Positions 1 to 12,344 of a stretch of 64,000 nt of DNA are shown piece by piece; the first letter of the stretch is position 1; each line of letters starts with the position of its first letter. A program made the position numbers and the translations under genes. Under the pieces are notes generated by a model. It saw only the letters and a program-made list of their open reading frames with translations. It did no database searches and was not told where the DNA came from. Source of the DNA: Antechinus flavipes. Lineage: Eukaryota. Location of the stretch: the NCBI RefSeq assembly GCF_016432865.1, contig NC_067399.1:319114001-319178000 (forward strand), read 5' to 3'.

Positions 1-39
1 AATATCCAATTAAACAAATATTTATTAAATGCCTACCCC

Positions 40-719
40 NNNNNNNNNNNNNNNNNNNNNNNNNNNNNNNNNNNNNNNNNNNNNNNNNNNNNNNNNNNNN
101 NNNNNNNNNNNNNNNNNNNNNNNNNNNNNNNNNNNNNNNNNNNNNNNNNNNNNNNNNNNNNNNNNNNNNNNNNNNNNNNNNNNNNNNNNNNNNNNNNNNN
201 NNNNNNNNNNNNNNNNNNNNNNNNNNNNNNNNNNNNNNNNNNNNNNNNNNNNNNNNNNNNNNNNNNNNNNNNNNNNNNNNNNNNNNNNNNNNNNNNNNNN
301 NNNNNNNNNNNNNNNNNNNNNNNNNNNNNNNNNNNNNNNNNNNNNNNNNNNNNNNNNNNNNNNNNNNNNNNNNNNNNNNNNNNNNNNNNNNNNNNNNNNN
401 NNNNNNNNNNNNNNNNNNNNNNNNNNNNNNNNNNNNNNNNNNNNNNNNNNNNNNNNNNNNNNNNNNNNNNNNNNNNNNNNNNNNNNNNNNNNNNNNNNNN
501 NNNNNNNNNNNNNNNNNNNNNNNNNNNNNNNNNNNNNNNNNNNNNNNNNNNNNNNNNNNNNNNNNNNNNNNNNNNNNNNNNNNNNNNNNNNNNNNNNNNN
601 NNNNNNNNNNNNNNNNNNNNNNNNNNNNNNNNNNNNNNNNNNNNNNNNNNNNNNNNNNNNNNNNNNNNNNNNNNNNNNNNNNNNNNNNNNNNNNNNNNNN
701 NNNNNNNNNNNNNNNNNNN
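40..719. other. Assembly gap (680 N)
   Basis: Run of n. ORFs 29..832 and 33..761 only span this gap. Confidence 0.99.
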
Positions 720-1200
720 TCTCATATATATATTTCTCCCAGAAATTTGGCTGCTATACATTTATCAGCATACCCCTGGAGGAGGTGTCATTGATCTGGA
801 CCATAGAAGAGAAGGTAGTATTGAGTATGTAATGAAGATTTATGTAATCTTTTATAATCATCAAACAGCCAAAGGTGCAGCAGGAACTGTGCAAAGATGA
901 GTTTTCTAAGCTGTTAGTGGCCAGTTCTTCTATTTATAGGATCATAGATTTAAACTATGTCCCTAACTAGTAGGGACTTTAGAAGCCATTGGGTCCAAAT
1001 CTTTCTTTGTACAGATAAGGAAACTGATGCACAGAAATTAAGTGCCTTGTTCAGGATCACATATTAAGTCACTAAGGCAGGATTTGAACTTAGCCCTTCT
1101 TAACTCTGAGTCTAGTTCTATCCACTATTGATTTCACATAGCTCTAAGAGTCCTAAATTACATCACACATTCCAATTTAATTCAATAAGTATTTGCTAAA

Positions 1201-1388
1201 GATAACTGTAGGGATATGTATACATATATTGGATTTAACACATATTTTTAACATATATTGGAATACCTGCCATCTAGGGGAGGGGGTGAAGGGAAGGAGG
1301 GGAAAATTTGGAACAGAAGTTTTTGCAAGGGTCAGTATTGAAAAAATACCCATGCATATGTTTTGTAAATAAAAAGCTATAATAAAAA
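1201..1388 (+). mobile_element. 5'-truncated L1 (3' UTR end and A-rich tail) with 17-bp TSD
   Basis: Marsupial L1 3' end (ccatctaggggaggggg...ggaaaatttggaac...aataaaaagctataataaaaaaa) flanked by aataagtatttgctaaa at 1184-1200 and 1389-1405. Confidence 0.85.
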
Positions 1389-1589
1389 AATAAGTATTTG
1401 CTAAATAAGTGGTTGGCTCCTTGTGCCAAGCCTTGGGGATCAAACAACACAACTTCTGGCCTCAAAGCAGGTTAATAAAAGAGCTGTGGACATACACATA
1501 AAACTAACATGGCTTAAGGTAGAATGTGATTAGAACAAATGAGAGATTCAGAACAAATTATGAAGTTTGAGGAGAGAGTTGTTGAGCTA

Positions 1590-1780
1590 TTTCAGTTGTG
1601 TCTGATTCTTTGCGACCTCTTTTCTTGGCAAAGATACTGGAGGATTTTGTTCATTCCTTTTCCAGCTCATTTTACAGATGAGGCAAACTGAGACAAACAG
1701 GGAGAAGTGACTTACACAGCTAGTTAGCATCTGAGAATGGATTCTGAACTCAGCCACCTGCTGCCCTTGAAGACCATTTT
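1590..1780 (-). mobile_element. MAR1-type core SINE
   Basis: ttcttggcaaagatactggagg...tccagctcattttacagatgaggcaaactgag, the reverse complement of the MAR1 core and RTE-like tail. Confidence 0.75.
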
Positions 1781-1964
1781 CAAATAGAGTGGGGCAGCCA
1801 TTAGAGAGGGCTTCATAGCAGAGGTGACCCCTACATTGGGTCTTCAATAAGCAAAAACATGGAAGAGATGCACTTCAGGCATGCACAAGGCAGAGAAGGT
1901 AAGAAGAAAAGTGAGAGAGCAGCTAATTTGGCTTGAGCATGGAGTAATGCTGGAAATGCTGTCA

Positions 1965-2090
1965 CATTCTCTCTCCTGTTAGACTGTAAGCTTCTTGAGG
2001 GCAGGGACCATCTTTTACCTTTCTCTGTATCCTCTGGGTACTCAGTCTCTAGCACATAGCAGGCACTTAATAAATGCACATAGATTAATT
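1965..2090 (+). mobile_element. L2 3' end fragment
   Basis: tagactgtaagcttcttgagggcagggacc...cacatagcaggcacttaataaatgc is the typical L2 terminus. Confidence 0.7.
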
Positions 2091-2849
2091 GAAAGGTAGA
2101 CCAAGGCTAGATTATGAAGTGCCTCATATACCAAGCTAAGGATTTTATATTTCATCCCATGAACAACGATGGGCCACTGAGGATTTTTTGAGAAGGGAAG
2201 TCAAGTGGTCCTTCTATGCATGAAGATTTTGTCATTTATGTAGAGCAGGGGTTGGAAAGGGGAGAGAGGGGGAAAAGGGAAGGGAAGTGGTTGGAGGTAT
2301 GCATTAAGATTTTGTCACAGGCATTGGAAAGGGGAGAGAGAGATAAGAAAGGGAAATAAAGTGGTCGAATCTATACATTAAGATGTCATCTATGTAGAGT
2401 AGGTGTTGGAAAGGGAGAGGTAGGAGTTTGAAGACTATTTCAATAATCTACAGAACAGCTAATGAGACTAGAATCCTAGGTTCAGAGCTGCAAAAAACCT
2501 TAGAAGTCAGAATCCTTTATTCCATGTATGCGTTGACCCATCCTACAGATGAGGAAACTGAGCCATGTAGAGATTTAAATAGCTTGCCCTGAGTTACACA
2601 GCTAGAAGTGTCTGAGGTAGTACTTGAATCTCAGTCTTCCTTACTCCAGGTCCAGAGCCTTAGGACTATACACCTGTGTCCAGGACTGGGGAAGAGAATT
2701 CCAAAAGGTATTTGGCAGGTAGTTTTTACACTTGGCAAATGATTAGATGGCCAATGTCAACAGGAAAGTCTGGCTGGAATATAATCTGTGATTGGCCCTA
2801 GGGAAAAGCCAGACTGCACTTCATTGTTTCCACAAGCAAGTTTCACCTT

Positions 2850-3000
2850 CCTCAGACTGGACAAGTCACTTCTCCCTGTTTGCCTCAGTTTCCCCATCTG
2901 TAAAATGAGCTGGAGAAGGAACGGATAAACTCCTCCAGCATCTTTGCCAAGAAAAGGCGTCACAAAAGATCAGCACAACTGAAACAGCTCAACAGCTCCC
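2850..3000 (+). mobile_element. MAR1-type SINE
   Basis: acaagtcacttctccctgtttgcctcagtttccccatctgtaaaatgagctggagaagga...atctttgccaagaaaa. Confidence 0.75.
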
Positions 3001-3884
3001 TTCTCAAACTCCACCTAGTTCTTTGAATCTCTCATTTGTTCTAATTACATTCTACCCAATTTTACTTCACACACTGGGGATGAAGGGCAGCTGTTCTAGC
3101 ATCATCAGATTGTCCTGGGACTGTTCTTAAATTACTCCTGTGATAACTTCTCTCTCAGGGCCTCCAGCCCTGGTTACAGTTCTCCCCACCTTTGAATGCC
3201 GCCTTCTTGAATAGACCACACTACCAGTGTGACCATAGCAACTGAGGTTGGACAAGAGGGAAACTGGGCAGAGGGCAGCCCCAACACGCTGACTTCCTCT
3301 CCTGCCATTTTCCATAGCCACTATTGCAGTCACCTTCATGTTCTTCCTCCCCTCGCTCTGCCATGAATAATTTTCCCATCAGCCTAAAAGAGGCTGCATT
3401 ATTTCCCCTGCTATCCGAGGGTACAGGGTGAAGGAAATCAGGACTTGGTCACTCCCAGGTACTTCTCCCAGGCTTCCAGGCCGGATGTGGCCGCTCTGGG
3501 GCTGACTTAAGGAAGTCCCCATTATTCTCTTGGCAGCCAACAGCAGCACATTATATTTGTAACTTTGATGTAAAGGCCTCTTGGGGGTCACTGGCTGTCT
3601 CCTCCACTTATCCTGAGGCAGAGTTTGAGGCTGGCACTTAGTCAAGATGCCACTGGATATTTTTTGGACATGACCAATGTGGGGATTTGTTCTTCTTGAC
3701 TTAGCATATTTTTACAAGGGTTTTTCTTTTTTTCTTTTTCAATAAGAAAGAAAATGGAAGGGGGAAGAAACAGATTTTTGTTCATTCAAAAAATGAATTT
3801 TTTTTAAAAGTGTTCTACTGGATAAGTTCAGAAAGGCCTGGTGACTAATAGACACACATGCCTCATCCTTGGAATGTTTTTAGA

Positions 3885-4090
3885 TTTGTGGTAGAGTGCT
3901 GCAATCCAGCCTTAAATACTTATTAGCTGTATGACCCTGGACAAATCACTTAATCCTGTTGTCCTCAGTTTCCTCACCTGTAAAATGGGCTGGAGAAAGA
4001 AATGTCAAATCACTCCAGGATCTTTGCCAAGAAAATACCAAATAGGGTCACAAAAAGTTGAACATGATTGAAAATGATTGAACAACAAAA
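3885..4090 (+). mobile_element. MAR1-type SINE
   Basis: Core cctcagtttcctcacctgtaaaatgggctggagaa plus tail atctttgccaagaaaataccaaatagggtcac. Confidence 0.75.
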
Positions 4091-5030
4091 TACCTCTACC
4101 ATTTATATGTAACAACCTTTTGTATGTGACATTTATATCTATATATGTATATAGACTTACATACATATATACCTTTACATGTAACAAACTCTCCTTCCCC
4201 GCCTGGTTCACAGTTATAAGTATAAAGTAGAGCCCCTTCCTCATCTGTTCTTGACATTTAAAAGTAAGTGAAGGGGAATAGTATGATATCTGAGTATGAG
4301 TATGAGAATCTGCTACTTACAACTCACCTAACCTCACCATTTCCTCCTTTCTTAAATGGGGAAGGGGGAGCTTAAGCTAGCTGGTGTCTGATAGCTCTAG
4401 GTCTATGGCTCTAAGTTCTCTCTCTCATTTCCTCTCCCTCCTCTCTTTCCCTTTCTCTCCTTCCCCAACTTCCCACCATGACTCTGTGGAAATATAGTTC
4501 ACCCATTTTTCAAGTGAGATTTTGTAGAGTGCTTCAATCCTTTTATGCTACTTCAAGATGAAAACAAATGAACAAAAACGCTCCGCAGACCTTTTCTTCT
4601 CTCACAATGTCTGCCTTTAACTCCTTCCTTCTGTGCCATTTTTCCCCTGAATGCCAACCTCAACCATTACCATGCATGTCACTTGGATTGGACGTTTTAT
4701 TTTCCCAGTCACTCAAATGAGAAAGTTGGGAGGGGGCAGGGAAGAGGAGGAAATATCCACTGATATAAATTTAGAGGGGAAAGGATCCTAGAGATCATAT
4801 CCAACTGCATCTGCCAGTTTTGCTTTTAGAAGAAGAGGGAGGGGGATGAAAGAAAAGACACTGGAAGGGGCAATGGGATGTGAGCAGGGGGCCCAATCTT
4901 GATGTCCAAACTCTCTTCATCAATTGAAGAACTGAGTTGGGAATGGGACTGGGCAAGTGCACCAAGACTGGTCCATTGAACATGAAGTTCAGGCTTGAAT
5001 TATTAGAGGTTGATCAGAAAAGAGAGGATG

Positions 5031-5180
5031 GAGGCACTAGAGGGCGCAGTGGATGCAGCACCAGTCCAAGAGTTGGAAGAACTTGAGTTCAAATCCAACC
5101 TCCGACACAACACTAACTGTGTGACCCTGGGAAAATCACTACCTCAATTGCCTCACTAAAAAAAAAAGAAAGAAAAAAAA
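5031..5180 (+). mobile_element. tRNA-derived SINE (WSINE1/MIR-like), A-rich tail
   Basis: Head with A/B-box-like segments (gcagtggatgcagca...gagttcaaatcc), core tgtgtgaccctggg, tail aaaaaaaaagaaagaaaa. Confidence 0.7.
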
Positions 5181-5284
5181 GAATGATGTATCCCAGACCT
5201 GATGGGCCATCTTGGGGAAAGGTTGGAATAGGAATCAGGAGACCTGGGATCTAGCTACCTATTTTGCCTACCTATTAAAAGGGA

Positions 5285-5530
5285 AAGCTAGTTGGCATGG
5301 TGGATAGAGTGCCAGAGCCTGGAGTCAGGATGACTTGAGTTCAAATCTCAGACAATAACTATGTTACCCTGGGCAAGTCACTTCACCCTGTTTGCCCCAA
5401 TTTCCTCATCTGTTAAAATGAGCTGGTGAAGGAAACGGCAAACCACTCCAGTGTTTTTTGCCAAGAAATCCCCAAATGAGATCACGAAGAGTTGGACAAG
5501 ACTGAAACAACTAAACAATAACAAAAAATG
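5285..5530 (+). mobile_element. Near full-length MAR1-type SINE
   Basis: agctagttggcatggtggatagag...gagttcaaatc...aaatgagctgg...gaagagttggacaagactgaaacaac. Confidence 0.8.
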
Positions 5531-7657
5531 GAGTTAAAAGCTAGATCATCTCCAGAGTCCTTTTTAGTTCTAATATTTAAGGGTATCCAGAGAGTACTTA
5601 TAGAGTTAATTTTCTGTTTAGGGAGAAAGACTTAAAGAAAGGTCATGTCAGCCGACTGAGTTTGTGTGCAAAATAAGATATTGAACCACTGAACTGATAA
5701 AAATCACCCCCAAATAAGGAAGGAAATGAAAGATAACTGCAAGTACTGAATGTGCATACTTAATGAGTTAATTAATATAAACTTTTCTTCCCCAAAGAAG
5801 GAGTTTTCCACCATTTTTGAACATGAGTTGTATGATAAGGGAGGGGGGACATGTCAAGAAGGAACATACAATGAAGGATCTGTTAATTTCCATTAAATCT
5901 GTTAAAATCTGTTAATTTCAACATCCCCAGGGAATTGGGGCTATGAGGGTGGGACCTTGCACTTCAGATGGGAAATAAAAGTCTCCTTCCAACATCCATA
6001 AGCTAGATCCACCCAGGGATTGCCCCTTAGTGGATTGCCCATTTCTTTCAAGAATAGTAAATAAACTAACTTACTTCACACACTCCTGAGTCTTTTTATC
6101 TTTGCAGCATATTTCTAACAGGGTGCTTCTAAATTTTCCACATCCACTCAGCAGCAGGGCATGATAATTGAAGCAAGACTAGAGTTATAGATTTTCATGA
6201 TACTTATCTCTCCCGGGACTCTTGACTTGTGTGACATGTTTTCTCGGGTTTTGTCACAGAGCTTTATCCATATCATGCTTGCTAACTGGGGGGAATCCTT
6301 CAAGGTTTGCCCTGGCCCTTCTCTTTCCCTTCTAAACTATCTCACTTGGTGATCTCAGCAGTTCCCATAGATTCAATTAACATGTTTATGCAGGTTATTT
6401 CCAGATCCAACCATAATCTCCTTCTTGAGTTTCAAATTTGACTTCACCTTTTGAATATCTCAAATTATATATCCAGTGGGAACTTCAAATTCAATGTGTT
6501 TACAACTGAACTCATTTATCTGTTCCCAGTCTTACTGTTACTCCTAATAGCAACAGCTAATAATAATAGTAACAGTAATAGCTCCTAATGAGCTAAGTTT
6601 AGAAGTTTAGTTCTCCTGCACCATCTTCCAAATCATCAAGGCATCATCGTTATATTAGAAAATTAAGGTAAATGGTAAAAGAAAGATAAGAAAAGAAAAT
6701 TAAGGCAAACAGAGACAATGGGCTGAGTATGATCAATTTATTAGTTAGGCTATCAATAACCAATAATTTGAGTCAATGGCCTCTCTCAATCAGCACCGAC
6801 CCCAAGGTACTCACCTCCTTAGGGTTTGGGGAAGTCACAAAAGAAAAAAGAACAGAGCTGATTAGGTGGGGAAAACAAAACAATCTTCTATTTGGCTGGC
6901 AGCATCATGGGGATGTGGACAACAAGACTGGGTGGAAATAGGGAATGAGGTATTAGGAACAACCTCCTACCTTCCCCTCTGTGACTAAGAAGTGTTCTTT
7001 GCTTAAGTCCACCTGCAAGGTTAGAGATAGTGTACCAGACTTCTTTGAATAACAAACCAGACATCCTTGAAAAATGGCTTGGTGGTATACAGATATTAAA
7101 CCAGTTTCCCTAGTGTCCACCTGTATTCTTCAAGGAAAATAGATTTCCTTGAGGCAAGAATAGAACAGTGATTAGCAGGAGAACTGAACTTCTAAACTTA
7201 GCTCATAAACAAAGAGACAAAGATCCAAAGCTTGAGCAATCATACAAAAGGGAGCAGTAATCCAGAAGAGGATCCTTTACAGAATGGAATTAATTAGAAA
7301 ATGATACAAAATCAATTTAATTTCTTCATCATCCTTGACTCCTCATGCTAATCTGAAATATCCAATCTATTGTCAAATCCTATTGTTTCCACTGTCAAAA
7401 ATATCTCTCCTATATATTCTCTTCTTTCCACTCAGAGCAACCACCCAAGCTTCAGACCCTCATTACCTCCTGACTGGCTTATTACAATAGTCTCCTAATT
7501 GGTATGCCTGTTCAAGTCTCTCCCCAATTTATCCTCCACTCAGCTGACATTTCTGAAGCATAAGTCTGACTGTGTTGCCATCCCATACTCCCTACTCAAT
7601 AAATTCCAGGGACTCCCTGTGGAACTAGAGGCACCTAGGTGGCTCAGTAGGTAGACA

Positions 7658-7849
7658 CAGGGGTCCTCAAACTTTTTAAATAGGGGGCCAGTTCACTGTC
7701 CCTCAGATTGTTGGAGGGCCGGACTATAGTAAAAACAAAAACTTTGTTTTGTGGGCCTTTAAATAAAGAAACTTCATAGCCCTGGGTGAGGGGGATAATC
7801 GTCCTCTGCTGCTGCATTTGGTCCGCGGGTCCTAGTTTGAGGACCCCTG
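7658..7849 (+). mobile_element. Non-autonomous hAT MITE, OC1 (OposCharlie1)-like, 192 bp
   Basis: Perfect 16-bp TIRs caggggtcctcaaact (7658-7673) and agtttgaggacccctg (7834-7849). TIR and internal sequence match my recollection of OC1 non-autonomous elements. It interrupts a SINE head; no clean 8-bp TSD. Confidence 0.8.
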
Positions 7850-8154
7850 AGAGTATTGACCTGGAATTCAGAAAATCTATCCAGCTCCAGAAGCTCTGTT
7901 TGCCTTAATCTGTTGGAGAAGGAAATAAAAAAGCACTTCATTTTGTTTTCCAAGAAAACCTCCATTTTTTAGTGTAGTCCAGAGGATCACAAAGAATTGA
8001 ATATGAGAGAGCAACAGCTCCCTATGATTTTCAGGATCAAACATAATATCCTCTGTTTGGTTTTAAGATCTTTGATAATTTAACTTTTCCCTCACCTTTC
8101 TAGTCTTCTTACACTTTAGTTCCCTCCACACATATGACTGTTATACTATCTCCT

Positions 8155-8310
8155 TTTTTATTTTTTCTTGGCAAGATGTTTGGGTTAAGTGACTTTGCCC
8201 AGGATCACATAGCTAGGCAGTATTAAGTGTCTAAGGTTGGATTTGAATTTAGGTCCTCCCAACTCCAGGGCCAGTGATCTATCCATTGGGTCATCTAACT
8301 GCTCCAATAC
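8155..8310 (-). mobile_element. WSINE1-type SINE
   Basis: T-rich start then gggttaagtgactttgcccaggatcacatagctagg...atttgaatttaggtcctcc...ctccagggccagtg...ccattgggtcatctaactgctcc. Confidence 0.75.
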
Positions 8311-11300
8311 TGGTCTTCTTAAGGATTCTTCATGTGAGAAATTCTATCTACCTACCTTGTACTGACTTAAGAGTTTGGCAATAAAGTACCAGACCTAGAG
8401 TTAAGAGAACCTGACTCAATCACTTACTAGCTGTGTGACCCTGGGCAAGTCCCTTAATCTTTTTGCCTCAGTTTCCTCATTTGTAAAATGGGCTGGAGAA
8501 GGAATTGGCACAATTCCAGTATCTTTGCTAAGAAAAAGTACTCCCTCCTTACCTTCCCTTCTTGGCTTTCTTCAAGACCTTTGATAGAAGGCCCTTCCCC
8601 ATTTCTCCCTTTACTGCTTTTTCCCTTTGTTCTTCTAAGATTTCCATCTTTTTACCCTGAATACATCCCATATATAAATAGTTATTTTTATGCTGTCTCT
8701 CCTTTTAGAATAGAAGTTCCTTGAGGAAAGGGACTGTTCCTTTCTTTGCAACCTCAGCATTGAGCACAGGGCCTGGTGTGTAGTAAATGGTTGTCATTTG
8801 CTTGACTGTTAAGCACAATCCCTCTCCCTCTCAACCCATAGACCCAAGGCCTTAGAGTTTCACTTCTTTATTTTCTTGGAACAAGACCCAGGGGAGAGCA
8901 TTCTCCAGCATCTTTTGCCCTGACCATCCAATGCATGTCCCCAGGTCTTTGCCAGTCAGACTTGGGAGGTTTGGCTCATCTACCCAGCCTCCTGACCTTT
9001 CTCTACAGCTCCCTGGGGACCCAGGAGGGTCTATACCATTACCGTGTTCATCTCCTGAAAAAAAGCAGAGAGTTTGGGGGCAGGGCTCAGCCATCCCCAA
9101 TATAACCAGGCTCAAATAGAGCCAATAATAGGATTCAGTTTCTCCACATCTGTGCAAATATTACCAATTATTTTAGCCACTATAAACACCCAGCAGGAAG
9201 ACAGTGAGGAAACCAAACTAAACCGTTTAAAATAGAAACTAATATTGCCAAACAGGAGAAGACAGGGCTGTTAACAGATAGAGTAGAAGCCAGGGGGAAT
9301 TGTAAAACTCTGGGGTTCCTGTTCAACCCCTGACTTGTGATACTAGCCATGCCCCATCCCGGACCCTCTGTCTCTTTATCTGAAGGTCAAGATAAATAGC
9401 TCTTTCTCTGGGGAGAATTGAGTATTAAGTGGAATGGAGAGGACTATTTAAAAAAGAGACAGAGAAAGGGGGAAATCGGTGCTTTAATCCTAGCCTTCTG
9501 AGACTGAGAGGAGGAGTTGGCCCAGTACTGGAACTGTTGATCTTTAAAATGAGAGATAGGGTTGGCAGCCCCTTCATAAGGGCAGCACTCTAGACCCCGG
9601 TCTCAGCCCTGCCTCTGTCGTTCGTTCTGAGAGTAAAGACAGCAGGGGGAAGGAAAACATTTTTCTCCTGCACTTCAGGAAATCCACTGTCTCCTGCAGT
9701 TCTCACCCAGCTGTGAGGGAGGGAAAGAAACTTGAGGGGGTGGCAAGCTAGTGAGTCTTGACTGTAAAGAGGGAGAGAGATAAGCCCAGAGTCACTGCCT
9801 GTCTCGAGCTGCGGCAGGTTTTCCTATTTAAAAGCAAGAATTTTCAATAAGATGAAACAGCTAGAAAACCTCACTGGGAATACTCACTCCCCCACTTTTC
9901 CCTGTTGCATGCTGGATCTCTCCCCCGGTTTATTCTTTCTACCTCTCCTCCTTCCTAGCACCTCAAAAAGACTGCTCTCTTTGGGGGGAAGCCCTGTTTT
10001 TTTTTTTGGGGGGGGGGACTTGAGACTTGATTTTTTTTTTTAACTAAGTGTCCATTCTGGAAAGGCAGATTTGAAGTATTGGATGGCCTCTGTTGGTGCT
10101 GGGGCTTACTAATGAATAGGCAAAAGATGGGTTCCCAAAGACCTGGCAGGAGCTTCTATCCTGTATCATGGGACCATGGCATCTGAGTTCAAATCCTAAA
10201 CTTGCCACTTACTATGTAATGATCCCAGCCCTAATTAGACCTTCCACTGCCAAAGCTGAAATGGACTCAAAGATCATCTAATCCAAGCCTCTCCCTCCCC
10301 CCATCCCATTTTAACAAACTGAGATCCATGGACATGAAATAATACAAGTCCTACAGTGACTCACATATCCATAGGACTCTAAGGTCTAAGAAATGCTTTT
10401 CTCCTAATAACCCTGTAAGGCAAATTGTACCGATTTCATCATCCCCATTTTATGGATGGGAAAACTGAGGCACAGAGCAACGAAGTGCTCTGTGAGGGCT
10501 GGATAGGTCATAAGTATCTGAATCTGCACTCTCTGAGGCTCAAACCTAGATCTTTAAATGCCAAGACCAGAGTTCTTTCAGTTACTCCATGCTGCCTCCC
10601 CCACGGGAGCCCTGGCCAAGACAGAAGAAGGCATTTCTGTTTATCATAAAAACACAGAGAGGGATTTGGGGAGAGCCACAGCTGCTGCCACTGTGAATAC
10701 TGATGAAGCAAGTTGAAAACCACTTTAAAAACAGCTTCTCTCATCAGCCCCTCCCTCGACAATTCCTTAAACTGGCCCTAGAGGTTTCCCTCTTCCACCT
10801 GGGCTGCCATTTTTAAATCCTTTCTATTTCTGAGGGAGCTGGCGTGTGGATTGGGGGTGGGGGGGAGAGGGGCTCCGGGGGTTGCTCGGCTCTAGCTGTT
10901 CTGATCCCGGAAGCAACCGGGCCCTAGGTGATGGAGAAAGCGCTCCTCTGGGCCTAGGCTGGGTGAGGCTCAGGGATGGGGACCGGAAAGGGGAAAACTC
11001 AGATGTTCCATGTAAAAATAAAAGGTGACTGTGCAGCCCATCTGCATTTCTAAATACTCAGCAACCTACATTCCCCGAACTGCTTTTAGCTCTTTTCTCT
11101 CTTCAGAGGTAGAAAGGCTTCAAAGCCACTACCAGCCTCTGGAGGAAGAGACAATGAAGGGCACTCCTGGCAAAGAGAAACCTCAACCACAGCCCCAGGA
11201 CAAAGAAAGCCGCCAGGGGACGAGGAAGAGTTTCATCTGACTCTTGCCTAGAGCCACAGAGAAGGATAAAGACAGCTTTTTCTCCCAGATTTCTGTGATG

Positions 11301-11344
11301 GGTCCTCTTAACAATCAATCAGTGTTTGTTAGGTGCCTACTATG

Positions 11345-11580
11345 GGCAGCTATCTGGCACAGTGGATAGAGTACGGAGCCTGGAGTCTAAACTGGATTCA
11401 AATCCAGCCTCAGGCATTTATTAAATGTGTATCCCGGACAAGTCACGGAAACTGTGTGCCTCAGTTTCCTTATTTGTAAAATGAGCTGGGAAAAGGAAAT
11501 AGCACACCACTCCAGCATCTTTATTAGAAAATCTCAGATAGGGCCACAAAACAGAACAATTTGAGCCAGATGCAGTCCCA
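11345..11580 (+). mobile_element. MAR1-type SINE
   Basis: gggcagctatctggcacagtggatagag...tcagtttccttatttgtaaaatgagctggg...cactccagcatc. Confidence 0.8.
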
Positions 11581-12344
11581 AGATGGGAATGCAAAAAGAA
11601 GCAAAAGGACAATGACTGACCCCAGGAGCTCACCTGGGGAAGGGGGTGGGCAGACAACATGTATATACAGAATAAATAGGAAGTGATTAAAGGGAATGCA
11701 CTAGAATTAAAAGGGGTGAGCAGAGGCTTCTGGATTTTAGTGAAGACTTAGAAACAGTCAGGGGAAGTCAGTCAGCCTGAGTTGAGAAGGGAAAGCTTTC
11801 CAAAGCCCAAGAGTGTATTTAAAGCAGACAGATGTGGAATAGCCAGTTAGACCCTTGTCAATGATTCAAAGAGTGGAAAAGTAGGAAGGGGCTTGGTTAT
11901 GGAGAGCTTTGAGAATTCTATATTTGTTTCTGGCAGTGGTAGGGGGCCTTTACTGCAGCTTATGGGGGGTTGTGGGGGAGTGACATGGGCCATCAGCCTC
12001 CATTCTTGTTTTCCTTTTAAGTGAAGTTTCCTGGGTAGGAGAGACTTTTTGACAGGACAGGCATTAGTCAGTCCTGACAACAGTCTGATCTATCCTGGCG
12101 GTAAGAATCCACAGGGGGTCAAAGATGATAAAGAAAGCTGGTTACTCAACATCCTAAATGATGGTAATCTAGATGAGACTCATCATCCCTGTATTTCTGT
12201 TGTCTGACTCAATCCAGAATACTCAAAAAGGCTCTTCTAGGCCAAGAAACTTCTGGATTCTCCCTTTGAGAAGGTAAGATAAACCATGAGAGTGAACTCC
12301 AAGTAAGTGTATACTCATACCCTTTAGGTCTCCCTAAGATTATT

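Noticed and set aside
29-832. Long ORFs at the window start
   Set aside because: Almost entirely N gap.
3127-3645. Unique GC-richer segment with two short minus-strand ORFs
   Set aside because: No recognisable protein in any frame I checked; not SYNDIG1L as I recall it.
6808-7012. Minus-strand exon-like segment with a strong donor (GGAG|GTGAGTAC) and an acceptor-like ccttgcag
   Set aside because: No convincing open frame or homology, and such sites occur by chance; a lncRNA exon cannot be supported from sequence alone.
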